A stretch of DNA of 64,000 bases from Nemertoderma westbladi (lineage: Eukaryota; Animalia; Xenacoelomorpha): positions 14,436 through 78,435 of the forward strand of contig JAUCBJ010000498.1 in assembly GCA_032718475.1 (NCBI GenBank), given 5' to 3'. Below the pieces are notes generated by a model. That model was given only the letters and a program-made list of their open reading frames with translations. It did no database searches and was not told where the DNA came from. Both the position numbers and the translations under genes were made by a program. Shown piece after piece: positions 29,033 through 40,407 of this stretch. Within the stretch, counting starts at the first letter, position 1. Each line of letters opens with the position of its first letter.

Positions 29033-29877
29033 AAAATGGTTGTTATATTAAGGGTTTTTGTGTAATGATGTTCAACCTAGAAGTCCTAATCAAAAAAATA
29101 AGAAAATCTCTGAAAGTGATGATCCGACGAAATAACTATTTACATCATTGTATGAAAAGTTGCATTTTTCTTTAGCAACATGTAAGGTAATTGTTCCGAA
29201 ATTGATTTCTTTTAAAACTGATAGTAAATATATTTAAAGTGATAAAACATTACAGGAGGTCATTTTTTACTAGTTTCCATGGTTACATGGCAGCTGCCAA
29301 TCCATGTTTATGGCGGCACCATTAAAAATATAGAGGGTCGTTTTGATAATATATTTGGAATGTTTCATGATTTTAGCGCAAGGGGAAAAACATATTGGGC
29401 AATGGTTTGGAAATCTATTAATATTTGCAAAAATTCACCAAAATTTGTAGTAAAAACTACTTTTGATGACGTATATACAGTTAGTTGCCATGGTAGCGAG
29501 ATTCTAAAACCTACAAAGGGAACTCAAGTTTGGTTTACCTCAGGGGTCTGTATTAGGGCTTCTACTGTTTACCATCTACACCCGATCTCTATCAGCTGTT
29601 ATAAGGAACTATGGCCTGTCATACCACCTATATGCTGCTATATACCCAAATATATATCATCAAACCGTCTAATATGCAATCGGCGATAACAGTTTATTTA
29701 TTTATTTATTTCTTAGTTCTTTTATATTTATATACTGATTGGTTAGGTATTAAAATAAGCATTAAATAATAAACATAAAAATAACTAAACTAAACTAAAA
29801 TAACTTACTTAACTTCAGTAATTGAACGGTGCCTGAAGGATGGATGTCCAATCCTGGATGATGAACAGGAACACTAA

Positions 29878-30251
29878 AGGCCTGTTTACACGTGGCAACT
29901 TTTAGAGCAACTTTCTCGGCAACTTGTAGAGCACCACAGGTTGCCGATCAAGTTGCTCCGTGTTAACACGTAAAAAAGTTGCTGTAAAAGTTGCTCAACT
30001 TTTGCGGCAACTTGAAGGAATTTGCGCTGGCGAATTAAAGCGGGATAATCAGATTTAATTATCAAAAACTAGCTAGTAGATAAAATGACCCACTATTTTA
30101 CAGTCAAATTAGCCAAGTCGCTCTAAATGTTGCCGGCCAAGTTGCTGGTAAAGTTGCCACGTGTAAACAGCGATTAAATTAAGTTGCTCCAAAAAAAGTT
30201 GCTAGTTTGCCGAGAAAGTTGATCTAAAAGTTTCCACGTGTAAACAGACCT
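29878..30251. mobile_element. PIF/Harbinger-like MITE
   Basis: TIRs AGGCCTGTTTACACGTGG...CCACGTGTAAACAGACCT flanked by TAA/TTA; internal AAGTTGC/GCAACTT repeats. Confidence 0.75.
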
Positions 30252-30411
30252 TTAGGGGTCGAATAGCCTACGTTGATAGTTAGACGTAAAGGATAATATA
30301 TTATTTGTTGAATAAGTTAAATTTGTATAAGTTACTGTATAATGTACAATGCTCTATATGTATATTACATGTTCTCATACTGTATAATATTAATATTGAT
30401 GTTTCAATATT

Positions 30412-31165
30412 TGATCAACAGCATGATCAACTGCGAGGCATACAGCTCATTCAACCTAATTAGTCCAGACCACAGAATTGTGACTGTTGAGATCAGACTC
30501 AGTTTGAGAGCCAGCAAACCCAGGACAAGCAAGCAAATCGACTATGACTGGGAGAAACTCAGAACTTGAGAAACCAAACTCAGAAGGTCGACGACTTCCA
30601 GTACCTTGGATCATGGATAGAGAGAGGCAAAAATGACATAGAAGTTAGGAAAGCAAAGGCTTGGGTAGCTCTATCAAAAATGGATACCATCTGGAAATCA
30701 GATCTCTCCAGGCACCTGAAGACCAAGTTCTTTCGAGCCACAGTGGAAAGTGTATTTTTATATGGGGGTGAGACCTGGACACTGACTAAATCACTTGAAC
30801 AACGAATTGATGGTTACTACACAAGACTACTAAGGGCAGCCCTAAACATCACCTGGAGACAACACATGACAAACGCCGGGCTTTATGGTACAATACCACC
30901 TGTATCAACCACCCTCTGTGAACGCAGATTAAGATTCAGTGGGCACTGCTGGCGAAGTAAAGACGAGGTCATACCAGATCTACTTTTCTGGCAACCAACT
31001 CATGGAAAGCGTAGTCGTGGACGACCGGCCATAACATATATAGATCAACTTGAAAGGGATACTGAACTTAGGAGAAACGAAATTGCAACAACTATGGAGA
31101 ATCGGGAAGCCTGGAAGGATCTCATTTCCACTGTCCGAGTTCGCTTGACCTAGTAGTAGTAGTAG
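30412..31165 (+). mobile_element. RTE family B internally deleted derivative, 5'-truncated
   Basis: End of EN region (DHRIVT...DWEKLRT) fused directly to RT thumb/C-terminus (DFQYLGSWI...VRVRLT*), then (TAG)n tail. Confidence 0.85.
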
Positions 31166-32450
31166 TCTTTAGGATTGGTGAGAGGTCTGCTCACTTAAAA
31201 ACACTGGGCACTGTTCCTAATCGCAATGAGAGATTGATTATCAAGGATATGACTATAAGAAGGGGAACCATCGCCATTTTCAACAGACGTGTTGGTATAG
31301 GATCTTGTGGACTTGTTTTTGATTTTGACTCATGGATAAATTTGGCTGCATCCTCAGTGGTTATCTCTTCGAATTTGTCCAGCTTGGGAGGGGTGTTATA
31401 AATTGGTTTGGAAGAGCTGGTAGGGCTTTCAACAAACTCAGAGGAGTCGGGAGTGGGTTCACCAACCTCAGAGAAGTCGGGAGCGGTTCACCAACCTCGG
31501 AGGAGCCTGGGGCGGGTTCGGAGGAGTCGGGAGCGGGTTCACCAACCTCGGAGGAGTTGTGAGCGGGTTCACCAACCTCGGAGGATTTGGGAGTGGGTTC
31601 ACCAACATCGGAGGAGTCGGGAGCGGGTTCAGCAACCTCAGAGGAGTCGGGAGCGGGTTCAACGACCTCAGAGGAATCAGGAGCGGGTTCAACAACCTCA
31701 GAGGAGTCAGGAGCGGGTTCAACAACCTCAGAGGAGTCGGGAGCAGGTTCACCAACCTCGCAGGAGTTGGGAGCGGGTTCACTAAACTCGAAGGAGTCGG
31801 GAGTGGGTTCACCAACCTCGGAGGAGTCAGGAACGGGTTCAACAACCTCAGAGGAGTCGGAAGCGTATCAGACGAAGGTGTCAGAGGTGTTCTTTAATGA
31901 AAGTTCTATGGATTAATGACAGCTGTAGTCAATTCATCTGTGAAGAAGATAGATCAGCATTACGTATTATCTTCCCAAAATTATTTTTATTAGATCTGCA
32001 AAAAGTTAGAGATTGTGCATGTGGTGGTGTTGGAGTTGGTTGTGCATGATCCAGTGCTTTATTGTTGTTGTCTATAATAATAATCGCTTCTGGTGTCTCA
32101 TTTCCATTGATAGGTTGTGTACCTTTCTTTAGTATAGCTGCATCGACAACTTTATTCTGATAAATTATCCAATGTGTCTGAGGTCTGAAGTTTTATTGAA
32201 TCGGCTATTATTTCTAAGTTCTCTGGATTTATTTAGTAAAGCCGCACGTTTCTCTGAGGGGATCGTAACAATTATAATCTTATTTAAGTTGGCATCTGCC
32301 ATTCCTATCTTTCTCTTAGTTTGTATTTCTGAATGATCCAGTTCAACATTAAGCTCATTCGCAATTTCTACAACTAGACATTTGTCATTCTCCATTGATG
32401 GTGATCCTTTGATAACGAGATTCGAACTACGACCGACTAACAAACACAGT
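31166..32450 (-). mobile_element. Decayed L2/CR1-group LINE remnants
   Basis: Minus strand DPIPTRLLK...IINLSLRLGTVPSVFK*A..SPILK at ~31170-31310, and ORF1-like NLVIKG...KIG at 32165-32443. May be separate fragments. Confidence 0.55.
31425..31862. repeat. 30-bp minisatellite GAGGAGTCGGGAGCGGGTTCACCAACCTCG x ~14
   Basis: Directly visible; explains the repetitive ORFs in several frames. Confidence 0.9.
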
Positions 32451-32539
32451 AGTGCGCAGTTTATTCTACCACTTACGAAATCTATCTAAGATTAAATAGT
32501 CCTATCAAATCTTGAAATTGTATTACTTTGTGACTTGTA

Positions 32540-33540
32540 AACTCGATACGAACAATGCCCTATACTATGGTTTGCCAACTAAATTAATACGTTGATTGCA
32601 GTTGGTCCAAAATGCAGCGGCTCGTCTCTTAGGTGGAGTAAAATAACGGGACCATATCACTCCAGTGGTGATGGCCGCCCTTCACCGGCTTCCAATTCAT
32701 CACTGCATTGAATTCAAAATTGCATTATTAGCATTTATTGAGTAGCCCCTGCGTATCTATGTGATCTATTGGTGCCTTACATACCACCACGTCTGCTAAA
32801 ACCACATGACCACGGGCTTTTGAATATCCCACAATATCACCTAGAGACGTAGGGGAGACGTGCATTCTCGGTAGCCGCTCCTGCAGTGTGGAACTCAATC
32901 CCACGATATCGCCTATAGACGTATGGGAGATGTGCATTCTCGGTAGCTGCTCCTACAGTGTGGAAATCAATCCCACGATATCGCCTATAGACGTATGGGA
33001 GACGTGCATTCTCGGTAGCCGCTCCTACAGTGTGGAAATCAATCCCACGATATCGCCTATAGACGTATGGGAGACGTGCATTCTCGGTAGCCGCTCCTAC
33101 AGTGTGGAACTCAATCCCACGATATCGCCTATAGACGTATGGGAGACGTGCATTCTCGGTAGCCACTCCTACAGTGTGGAAATCAATCCCACAATATCGC
33201 CTATAGACGTATGGGAGATGTGCATTCTCGGTAGCCGCTCCTACAGTGTGGAAATCAATCCCACGATATCGCCTAGAGATGTATGGGAGACATGCATTCT
33301 CGGTAGCCGCTCCTACAGTGTGGAACTCAACCCCACGATATCGCCTATAGACGTATGGGAGACGTGCATTCTCGGTAGCCGCTCCTACAGTGTGGAACTC
33401 AATCCCACGATATCGCCTATAGACGTATGTGAGACGTGCATTCTCGGTAGCCGCTCCTACAGTGTGGAACTCAATCCCACAGGATGTCCGCGATACCTCA
33501 ACATTGGGGTCATTCAAATCAAAACTAAACAAACTATTTA
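32540..33540 (+). mobile_element. L2-like LINE 3' fragment containing 9 tandem copies of a 72-bp segment
   Basis: LQLVQNAAARL...DHITP...LH.LP. The repeat unit encodes YGRRAFSVAAPTVWNSIP; period 72 from ~32830 to 33480. Confidence 0.85.
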
Positions 33541-35230
33541 TATCGTGCTGAATTTGGAGGGCAGGGGAATTTAATTATTTGTTTTTAATATGCATTATGT
33601 TTAATTTTAATTTTTTACTTCATATGGCAGCTTTCTTTGACACCTCTCTATGACACCTTATATCGTTTTAATTGAATTCCTACTTTGTTTTTAGCTGTTT
33701 TTTTTTAGAATAGCAAATGTAATCGGTTGTGGTACTGCACTGTTTTTGCATATAAGTGAGTAAATAAAATGGCTCCGACGTATTTACATAAAATTTTGAG
33801 CTTATATTAACCAGATGGTAATCTAGGCTCCTCGGATGCAGGATTACTGGCGTTCTCGATATCTGCGCCATTAATTTGGAATAATCTACCACTGGATGTT
33901 CGTTCGGCACCCTAAACTTATTTAACAGCCAGTTGAAGACACATTTATTTTGTAAAACCTACAATTAGAACTACTATCATAACTTTTATTTTATTCATTT
34001 TATTTATTGAGCACTGTCTTTAAGTTATTTTTAAAACATGTCTTTCATTTTTACTGTGCGCCTAGAACACCGTAAATTAAATTAAATAAATTAATTTTTT
34101 TTTTAAATTGTGATTAAATCACAAATATTGAAAAGTAAGATAGTATAAAAGAATAGCCTATAAATTTTTTATACATTTGTATTGTACCCTAATTTTTTGC
34201 ATGCAAGCTCAGAATTAAATTATCGTTCGAATGATATAGTACACTAAAGTGCATGTCTGGCAGGTTTGGCTGGCCAGGGGGGGGGGGGGGGGGGGCAATC
34301 ATTACGGAACACCCGGTAGATTCAAAAATTATTCTGATTCAGGGGGGGGGGGGGGGGGGGGTGGGAGGGTTCTGACAGAATCAAAATTGAACCTCTCCAG
34401 GCCAGGGGAAAAGTTGCTAATTAAAAAAAAATAAAAGCTCATTACCAGAAAAAAAATAACTGACACATATTATATTAACTCTCGTTTATATTTTTAGATA
34501 GAATGACATGCCTATTCATTTTCCACATTTTCCTTAATTTATAATTCGCCGAGGTGGAATTTGTGTCACGTTTCCCTCTGTCTCGCCGGTTAATGGTGTG
34601 GCACTAAGACTATGTGCTAATGGGTTAAGGAACTATGTGACAGAGCAAGTTTATCTGTAAAATATTAATGAGACGCAATCCAGATAATGTTATGTTTGCA
34701 AGATGTAACAACACTCCAAATTGATTATTTATAAGTTAAAGGTAGGTAGGTTGTGTAGGTTGTTGGGATTGATAATGTTTGGCACTGTTGCCCGGCCTAA
34801 CACATTCCTGGAACTGGAATCGCCTCGATACACCTCATCATTGTAGACATTTTATGAGAACACATGAGTAGCAACTATTCAGTCCTAGTGGGGAGAGCAT
34901 TAGGTCTCAAGGGGTTAGTAGAATTCTTAAAACCAGAACAATATTACAGGCCTATTCTTACACGCTCCTTATAGTGCAGCAGCAAGCTGAACCTCATACA
35001 TCGAATGCATGGAAGTGTGTTTGTGTTTGATTACGAAATGGGGTGAAAGTAAAACATGAAAGAAAAATATTGGAACAAGTCTGGCCTTTAAAGTGACACA
35101 TTATAACCATAAGGTTACTAATTACAGCCACTTTAAAGGAAAACGCTACATCAATAACTCGAAGTAGTTCAATAAATTTCAATTAATTTATCTTTTGTAA
35201 AAATAATATTTACAATATAACTGGAATAAT

Positions 35231-37690
35231 ACTACTACTACTCGGTCGAGCGAACTCGGACAGTGGAAATGAGATCCTTCCAGGATTCCCGATTCTACTA
35301 CTACTACTAGGTCGAGCGAACTCGGACAGTGGAAATGAGATCCTTCCAGGATTCCCGATACTACTACTACTACTAGGTCGAGCAAACTCAGACAGTGGAA
35401 ATGAGATCCTTCCAGGCTTCCTGATTCTACTACTACTACTAGGTCAAGCGAACTCAGACAGTGGAAATGAGATCCTTCCAGGCTTCCCGATTCTACTACT
35501 ACTACTAGGTCGAGCGAACTCAGACAGTGGAAATGAGATCCTTCCAGGCTTCCCGATTCTACTACTACTACTAGGTCGAGCGAACTCAGACAGTGGAAAT
35601 GAGATCCTTCCAGGCTTCCCTTCCCGATTCTACTACTACTACTAGGTCGAACGAACTCGGACAGTGGAAATGAGATCCTTCCAGGCTTCCTGATTCTACT
35701 ACTACTACTACATCGAGCGAACTCGGACAGTGGAAATGAGATCCTTCCAGGCTTCCCGATTCTACTACTACTACTAGGTCGAGCGAACTTGGACAGTGGA
35801 AATGAAATCCTTCCAGGCTTCCCGATTCTCTATAGCTGTTACTTCGCCAGCAGTGCCTACTGAATCTTAATCTGCGTTCGTTCACAGAGGGTGGTTGATA
35901 CAGGTGGTATTGTACCATAAAGCTCGGCGTTTTCATGTGTTGTCTCCAGCTGATGTTTAGGGCTGCCTTTAGTAGTCTTGTGTAGCAACCATCAATTCGT
36001 TGTTCTAGTGATTTAGTCAGTGTCCAGATCTCACCCACATATAAAAATACACTTTCCACTGTGGCTCGAAAGAACTTAGTCTTCAGATGCCTGGAGTGAT
36101 CTGATTTCCAGATGGTATCCATTTTTTATAGAGCTACCCAAGCCTTTGCTTTCCTAACTTCTATGTCATTTTTGCCTCTCTCTATCCATGATCCAAGGTA
36201 CTGGAAGTCGTCGACCTTCTGAGTTTGGTTTCTCAAGTTCTGAGTTTCTCCCAGTCATAGTCGATTTGCTTGCTTGTCCTGGGTTTGCTGGCTCTCAAAC
36301 TGAGTCTGATCTCAACAGTCACAATTCTGTGGTCTGGACTAATTAGGTTGAATGAGCTGTATGCCTCGCAGTTGATCATGCTGTTTCTCCACTTTTTGTT
36401 TATAAGGATGTAATCCAGTTGTGCTTTGGTTCCATTAGGGTATTTAAAAGTCCATAGCTTCCCCTTACTCTTTTCGAATGTGTTGTTTGTCGGTATCAAT
36501 TCACATTCCTCCATTAAGTCTAAAAGTAAGTACCCATTTCTATTAGAACTGGTGTTATAGGTGTAACCCTTGATGTCTTCTGTGCCAATTTGCGCATTCA
36601 GATCACCAGCAATGACTTTAGCATTGTGTTTCAGAATGTCCTTTATAAGTCCAGTCAGATCTTAATAAAACTTGACTGCTTGTTCTGGCTCTGAGGCATT
36701 GGTTGGACTGCAGCAACATATAACTGTTGTCTTGGGATTACCATCAAATGTTGCGATCATAACCCTGGAATTTATAGATTCGATGTTGTTTAGGGTCTTA
36801 ATTGCAAATGGGCTTAGCAGAATTCCTACTCCACCAATTGATGCATTGGCCGAGTTTCTTACTGCTGAGCTTGTTACTAACGTCCATCCATTTCCAATGT
36901 CATTGTACTTCATGGCAGTGTCTGCATGACATATCTGATGTTCTTGGATGCAGATGATGTCGATGTTATATCCTATTGCCAGAGCGACCATGTAACCCTG
37001 TTTGCTATGTGCTTTCAGGGTGCTTGCGTTCATTGTAGCAATCTTTAGTGTGTTTTTACATTTCAACAGGTTGGTTCATCTTTCTTCTGTTCCAGTAGCC
37101 AATTTATCAACCCTAGCCTGGTGTACTACTGAGGGACACGGTCCTTGTTGACCCGGGCAATGACCGAGCCGGTATTTCTCCTGGAGGGTTCTCATACTCA
37201 TATCGTTCAGTTGAGAGAGTAAACCGCTTTTGGTCGCAACTCCTACAAGCCTCTTCGCAGTAGGTCGCCGTTGGTCGATTACCTTCCACCGACCTTGTCA
37301 GCATGTCTAGCTATTGGTTGATTACCTTCCGCCTATCCATGGCCTACAGCCCTGCTGCCGACTGTAGGGGTCCTTTTGTTACACCCTGAACCAAGTGTGC
37401 CTCCTGGGTTAGGTTACCAACAATGGTAGAGGAGCATCCAGTATAGACAGAGTGGGGCGTGTATCATCTCTATTGCAGATGCATATCAAGCCTTTGCCTT
37501 CAATGGTGCCCTAGGTGCTATAGCCCTCAATGACTTATTTAGTTGATGGAGCTAAAACCATCCCACTCTTGATCAACTAAATGATAAATAGGCTACTGGT
37601 GCTTATCAGGCCTGCCCTACTGGGCTGACAGCTACATGTAGGTCCACATTACTGCCATATTGGTAGCAGGATCTGGGGACCTGATCTGAC
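35231..37690 (-). mobile_element. RTE family B deletion derivative with 5' UTR, AP-endonuclease region and 9 tandem 3' ends
   Basis: IATMNASTL...ICIQEH...GGVGILLS...AQLDYIL...SPDHRIV; same RT-deleting junction as 30566; ~66-bp terminal unit repeated over 35231-35830. 5' end approximate. Confidence 0.85.
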
Positions 37691-38064
37691 TAAATATTAC
37701 GAAACGAGATTTTAAAGCATTATTTCAACTAATGCAAATGAATTTGGTTAAACCTATCTGCCAAAATGAGAACATTAAAGATACAATATAAATTTAAATT
37801 TCATAATTTGAAGAATCGAGTTTTGTGAGTAAATGTTTTTGTCATTGAGTGTAGAATGTAGGTGGTAGAAAACGTATGATGTTGTATCTTTAATGTTCTA
37901 ATTTTGGCAGATCAATCAAAACGTTTAATCAAATTCATTTGCATTAGTTGAAATAATGCTTTAAAATCTCTTGTTCTCCTTTTGGCAAATAGGTTTAACC
38001 AAATTCCTTTGCATTAGTTTTAAATAATGCTTTAAAATCTCTGTTTCATAATATTTCCAAGAAT

Positions 38065-38384
38065 ACTCTTGTGCCAGGCACAGCCAAAACTCCTTATCTG
38101 CCATGGCTTTTGCGAGATTATCCGCATCTTCAAGGCCATTGTACTTTAAGAGGCGTGTCAAGAAAGAGGGCATGTTTGAATAATACAGAAATAAGGACTG
38201 TCCACCACGCTTATTTTATCCATGGGGCTGCCAAAGCATAAGCTTTTGTACTGGCTGGTCCTCACGGGGAAACCAATGTCATGCAAAGCGTAGACACAGC
38301 TTTGTTCAAGCTTGTTAAGCTTAGGGGAACCAATGAGACACCTCCATTGTTATAAATAGTGTCTGGTTGGAGATGTGTGCATTG
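38065..38384 (-). mobile_element. RTE family A (diverged), left part of a copy split by the CR1 insertion
   Basis: Breaks at ...GATGTGTGCATTG; the family sequence resumes as TACTTGACAC at 43629. Confidence 0.75.
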
Positions 38385-38950
38385 GTAATGGCAATCTCTG
38401 ATCTCCACGGTACTTTAACCTGCAGATCTGTCTGCTGTCAGACAACAGCTTTTACTGCATACTGTTACTGTATAAACAGCAAACATCGTTCTGATTATTT
38501 ATATTTATGACGAGTAAGGGTCTTCTTGATGAGCCACGGCTAAAGTCCCTTACTTGTAATAAATATTATAATTTGAGTATGCTTACGCCACGAAAGGCAT
38601 CGATCCATTAGATGAACTTGCAGACTTGTTCTGATTTATATGTTGCGGAGTAACCTAACAGCCATCATCGCGGGACTATAGTCGACACCAGCAACAACTC
38701 CCATCTGCCCCTCTTTATCAACCGTCATCCATGGGACTTGAACAGTACTTGATTACAGCATTGAAATGTTTTTGATGTTTTGTTTTGAAAGATTCCAGCA
38801 GCATGGTGGATTGATTTAAATTAATTTATTAAGAGATACTGTTGTTTACTGGTACCGGTACCGGTACCTATTTCATACCACTGCTGCACTGCATAATCAA
38901 ACCAAACTCCGTCTGTCTGTCTGTCTGTAACGGTCTCGCGATAATAATTA

Positions 38951-40407
38951 TGTCGTTTAGCCCAACATCTACCGCTTCCGGTGGTTCCACCACTAGAAGT
39001 GACCATCGGCCTGCTCCTCCAGCTACCGGAACAAAGAAGAAGAAGGGGAAGACGTCGCCCCAAATAGCAACCCAACGCCGAGACTCCGTCCCGGCGGTTC
39101 CGCCAGCGGACCTCAGTCGAAATTCCTTTGCTGCTATTTCCCAACCACCACCCCCAGACATTGGCAACTGCACTGTTTGCAACAAACGGGTTATAAACAA
39201 CGGCCTGTCATGTTATGGATGTGGGAAATGGGAACATGCCAACCATTCAAAGATCTCCCCGGCTGTTTACAGCTTCCTGGGTACGTGCCCCTCTCTCTCC
39301 TTCTTCTGTACGAACTGCCACCAACTCTCCTGTGCTGAACTTATCACCCGAGAATCAGGCAAACGTGATACTGACCCAAACACTCCCAATGTCTCACTTA
39401 ACCATCAGATTGAATCGCTGTCTGCCAAACTTAATGATATGCACACTTTCCTTTTGGGTCAACCAGAAAGTAGAGCTAGTGAATCGCCGAACGAAGTATC
39501 AGGTGAGGATGGCCACGGGAATTCCGACTCCCCTTGGATAACCCAAGGCCCTAGGAAATTGCAGAAACATTCCAAATCGGTATCGTTGGACAAGGGAGCA
39601 AGTTTTGAGGACAAACTTCAACATTGCGTTAAGAAAGCAATTAAATCAAACAACGACGAACTGGAATCTAAATGCACGCTTTTCGTGGAGAAGTTGGAAG
39701 AGACCACCTCCCCCAAAGACGACCGTCTGGCGGTTGATCGTCTCCTAGCCCACCTTGAGTGTTCATCAGCAACCGTTACCAGTGTTCGACGGCTTAGAAG
39801 AGCACCTCAATCCAAAAGTCCAGGTCTCATCGAAGTCGTATTCTCATCGATGGCAGACTGCGATAAGGTTATGGGGAATAGACAGAGCCTCGCCTCATCG
39901 GAGGAATTCCGTCGCACGTTTATCCGCCCCAGTTTATCTGAGAATGTTCGCAAAGAACGGGACATCCTTCGCGCGCACTCCTTTCTAACGTATTCCGCCG
40001 ACAACTCGTCGTCGCTATTCGCTGTCTATAATAATCGAACCGAATCGTACTGCCTTCGAAAGCGACTCAACGGAAAGATCGCTTGGCGGTCCGATATCCA
40101 GCTGTCCAGTGAGGAGCGGAAAATAGCCTCTGATCATGTCTCGTCGATGAAACGATCTCGTCGTGGCCAGATGAGACAACCACCACAAGCGGCCGGATCG
40201 TCCACCAGCGACCCCTCTTCTAGACCAACTTCCAGTGAGATCTTTACCTCTACAGGCGCCATGGCTACCGATTGTGATGGGACCCCAGTTGCCATGGTTA
40301 CTGCTACTGGCCGTGTTGCTCCAGGCACCACCGCTTCCGACCCAGTTCCGGTTGTTTGGAGTTCCGCTACAGAAAGCTCAGACACATCTGGCTCGGAAAA
40401 CCTTTAG
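38951..40407 (+). CDS. LINE ORF1 protein with PHD-like finger and RRM-like region
   Basis: Open from 38842, first ATG at 38951. CTVC...CYGCGKWEH...FFCTNC, a coiled-coil, then VRRL...LIEVVF...TFIRPSLS. Confidence 0.8.

Noticed and set aside
31408-31916. Mucin- or XTEN-like repetitive ORFs
   Set aside because: A 30-bp repeat opens several frames at once; no start or splice support
34265-34365. Long poly-G tracts (also 11090, 12922, 57078, 59565, 61840)
   Set aside because: Common inside MITEs here and homopolymer lengths are error-prone; no specific function inferable
35231-35830. CRISPR-like periodicity (also the 72-, 44- and 30-bp arrays)
   Set aside because: No unique spacers, eukaryotic context, and units are plain tandem copies
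38385-38800. Antisense splice-like signals in the CR1 5' region
   Set aside because: Implied introns are implausibly short and there is no coherent ORF
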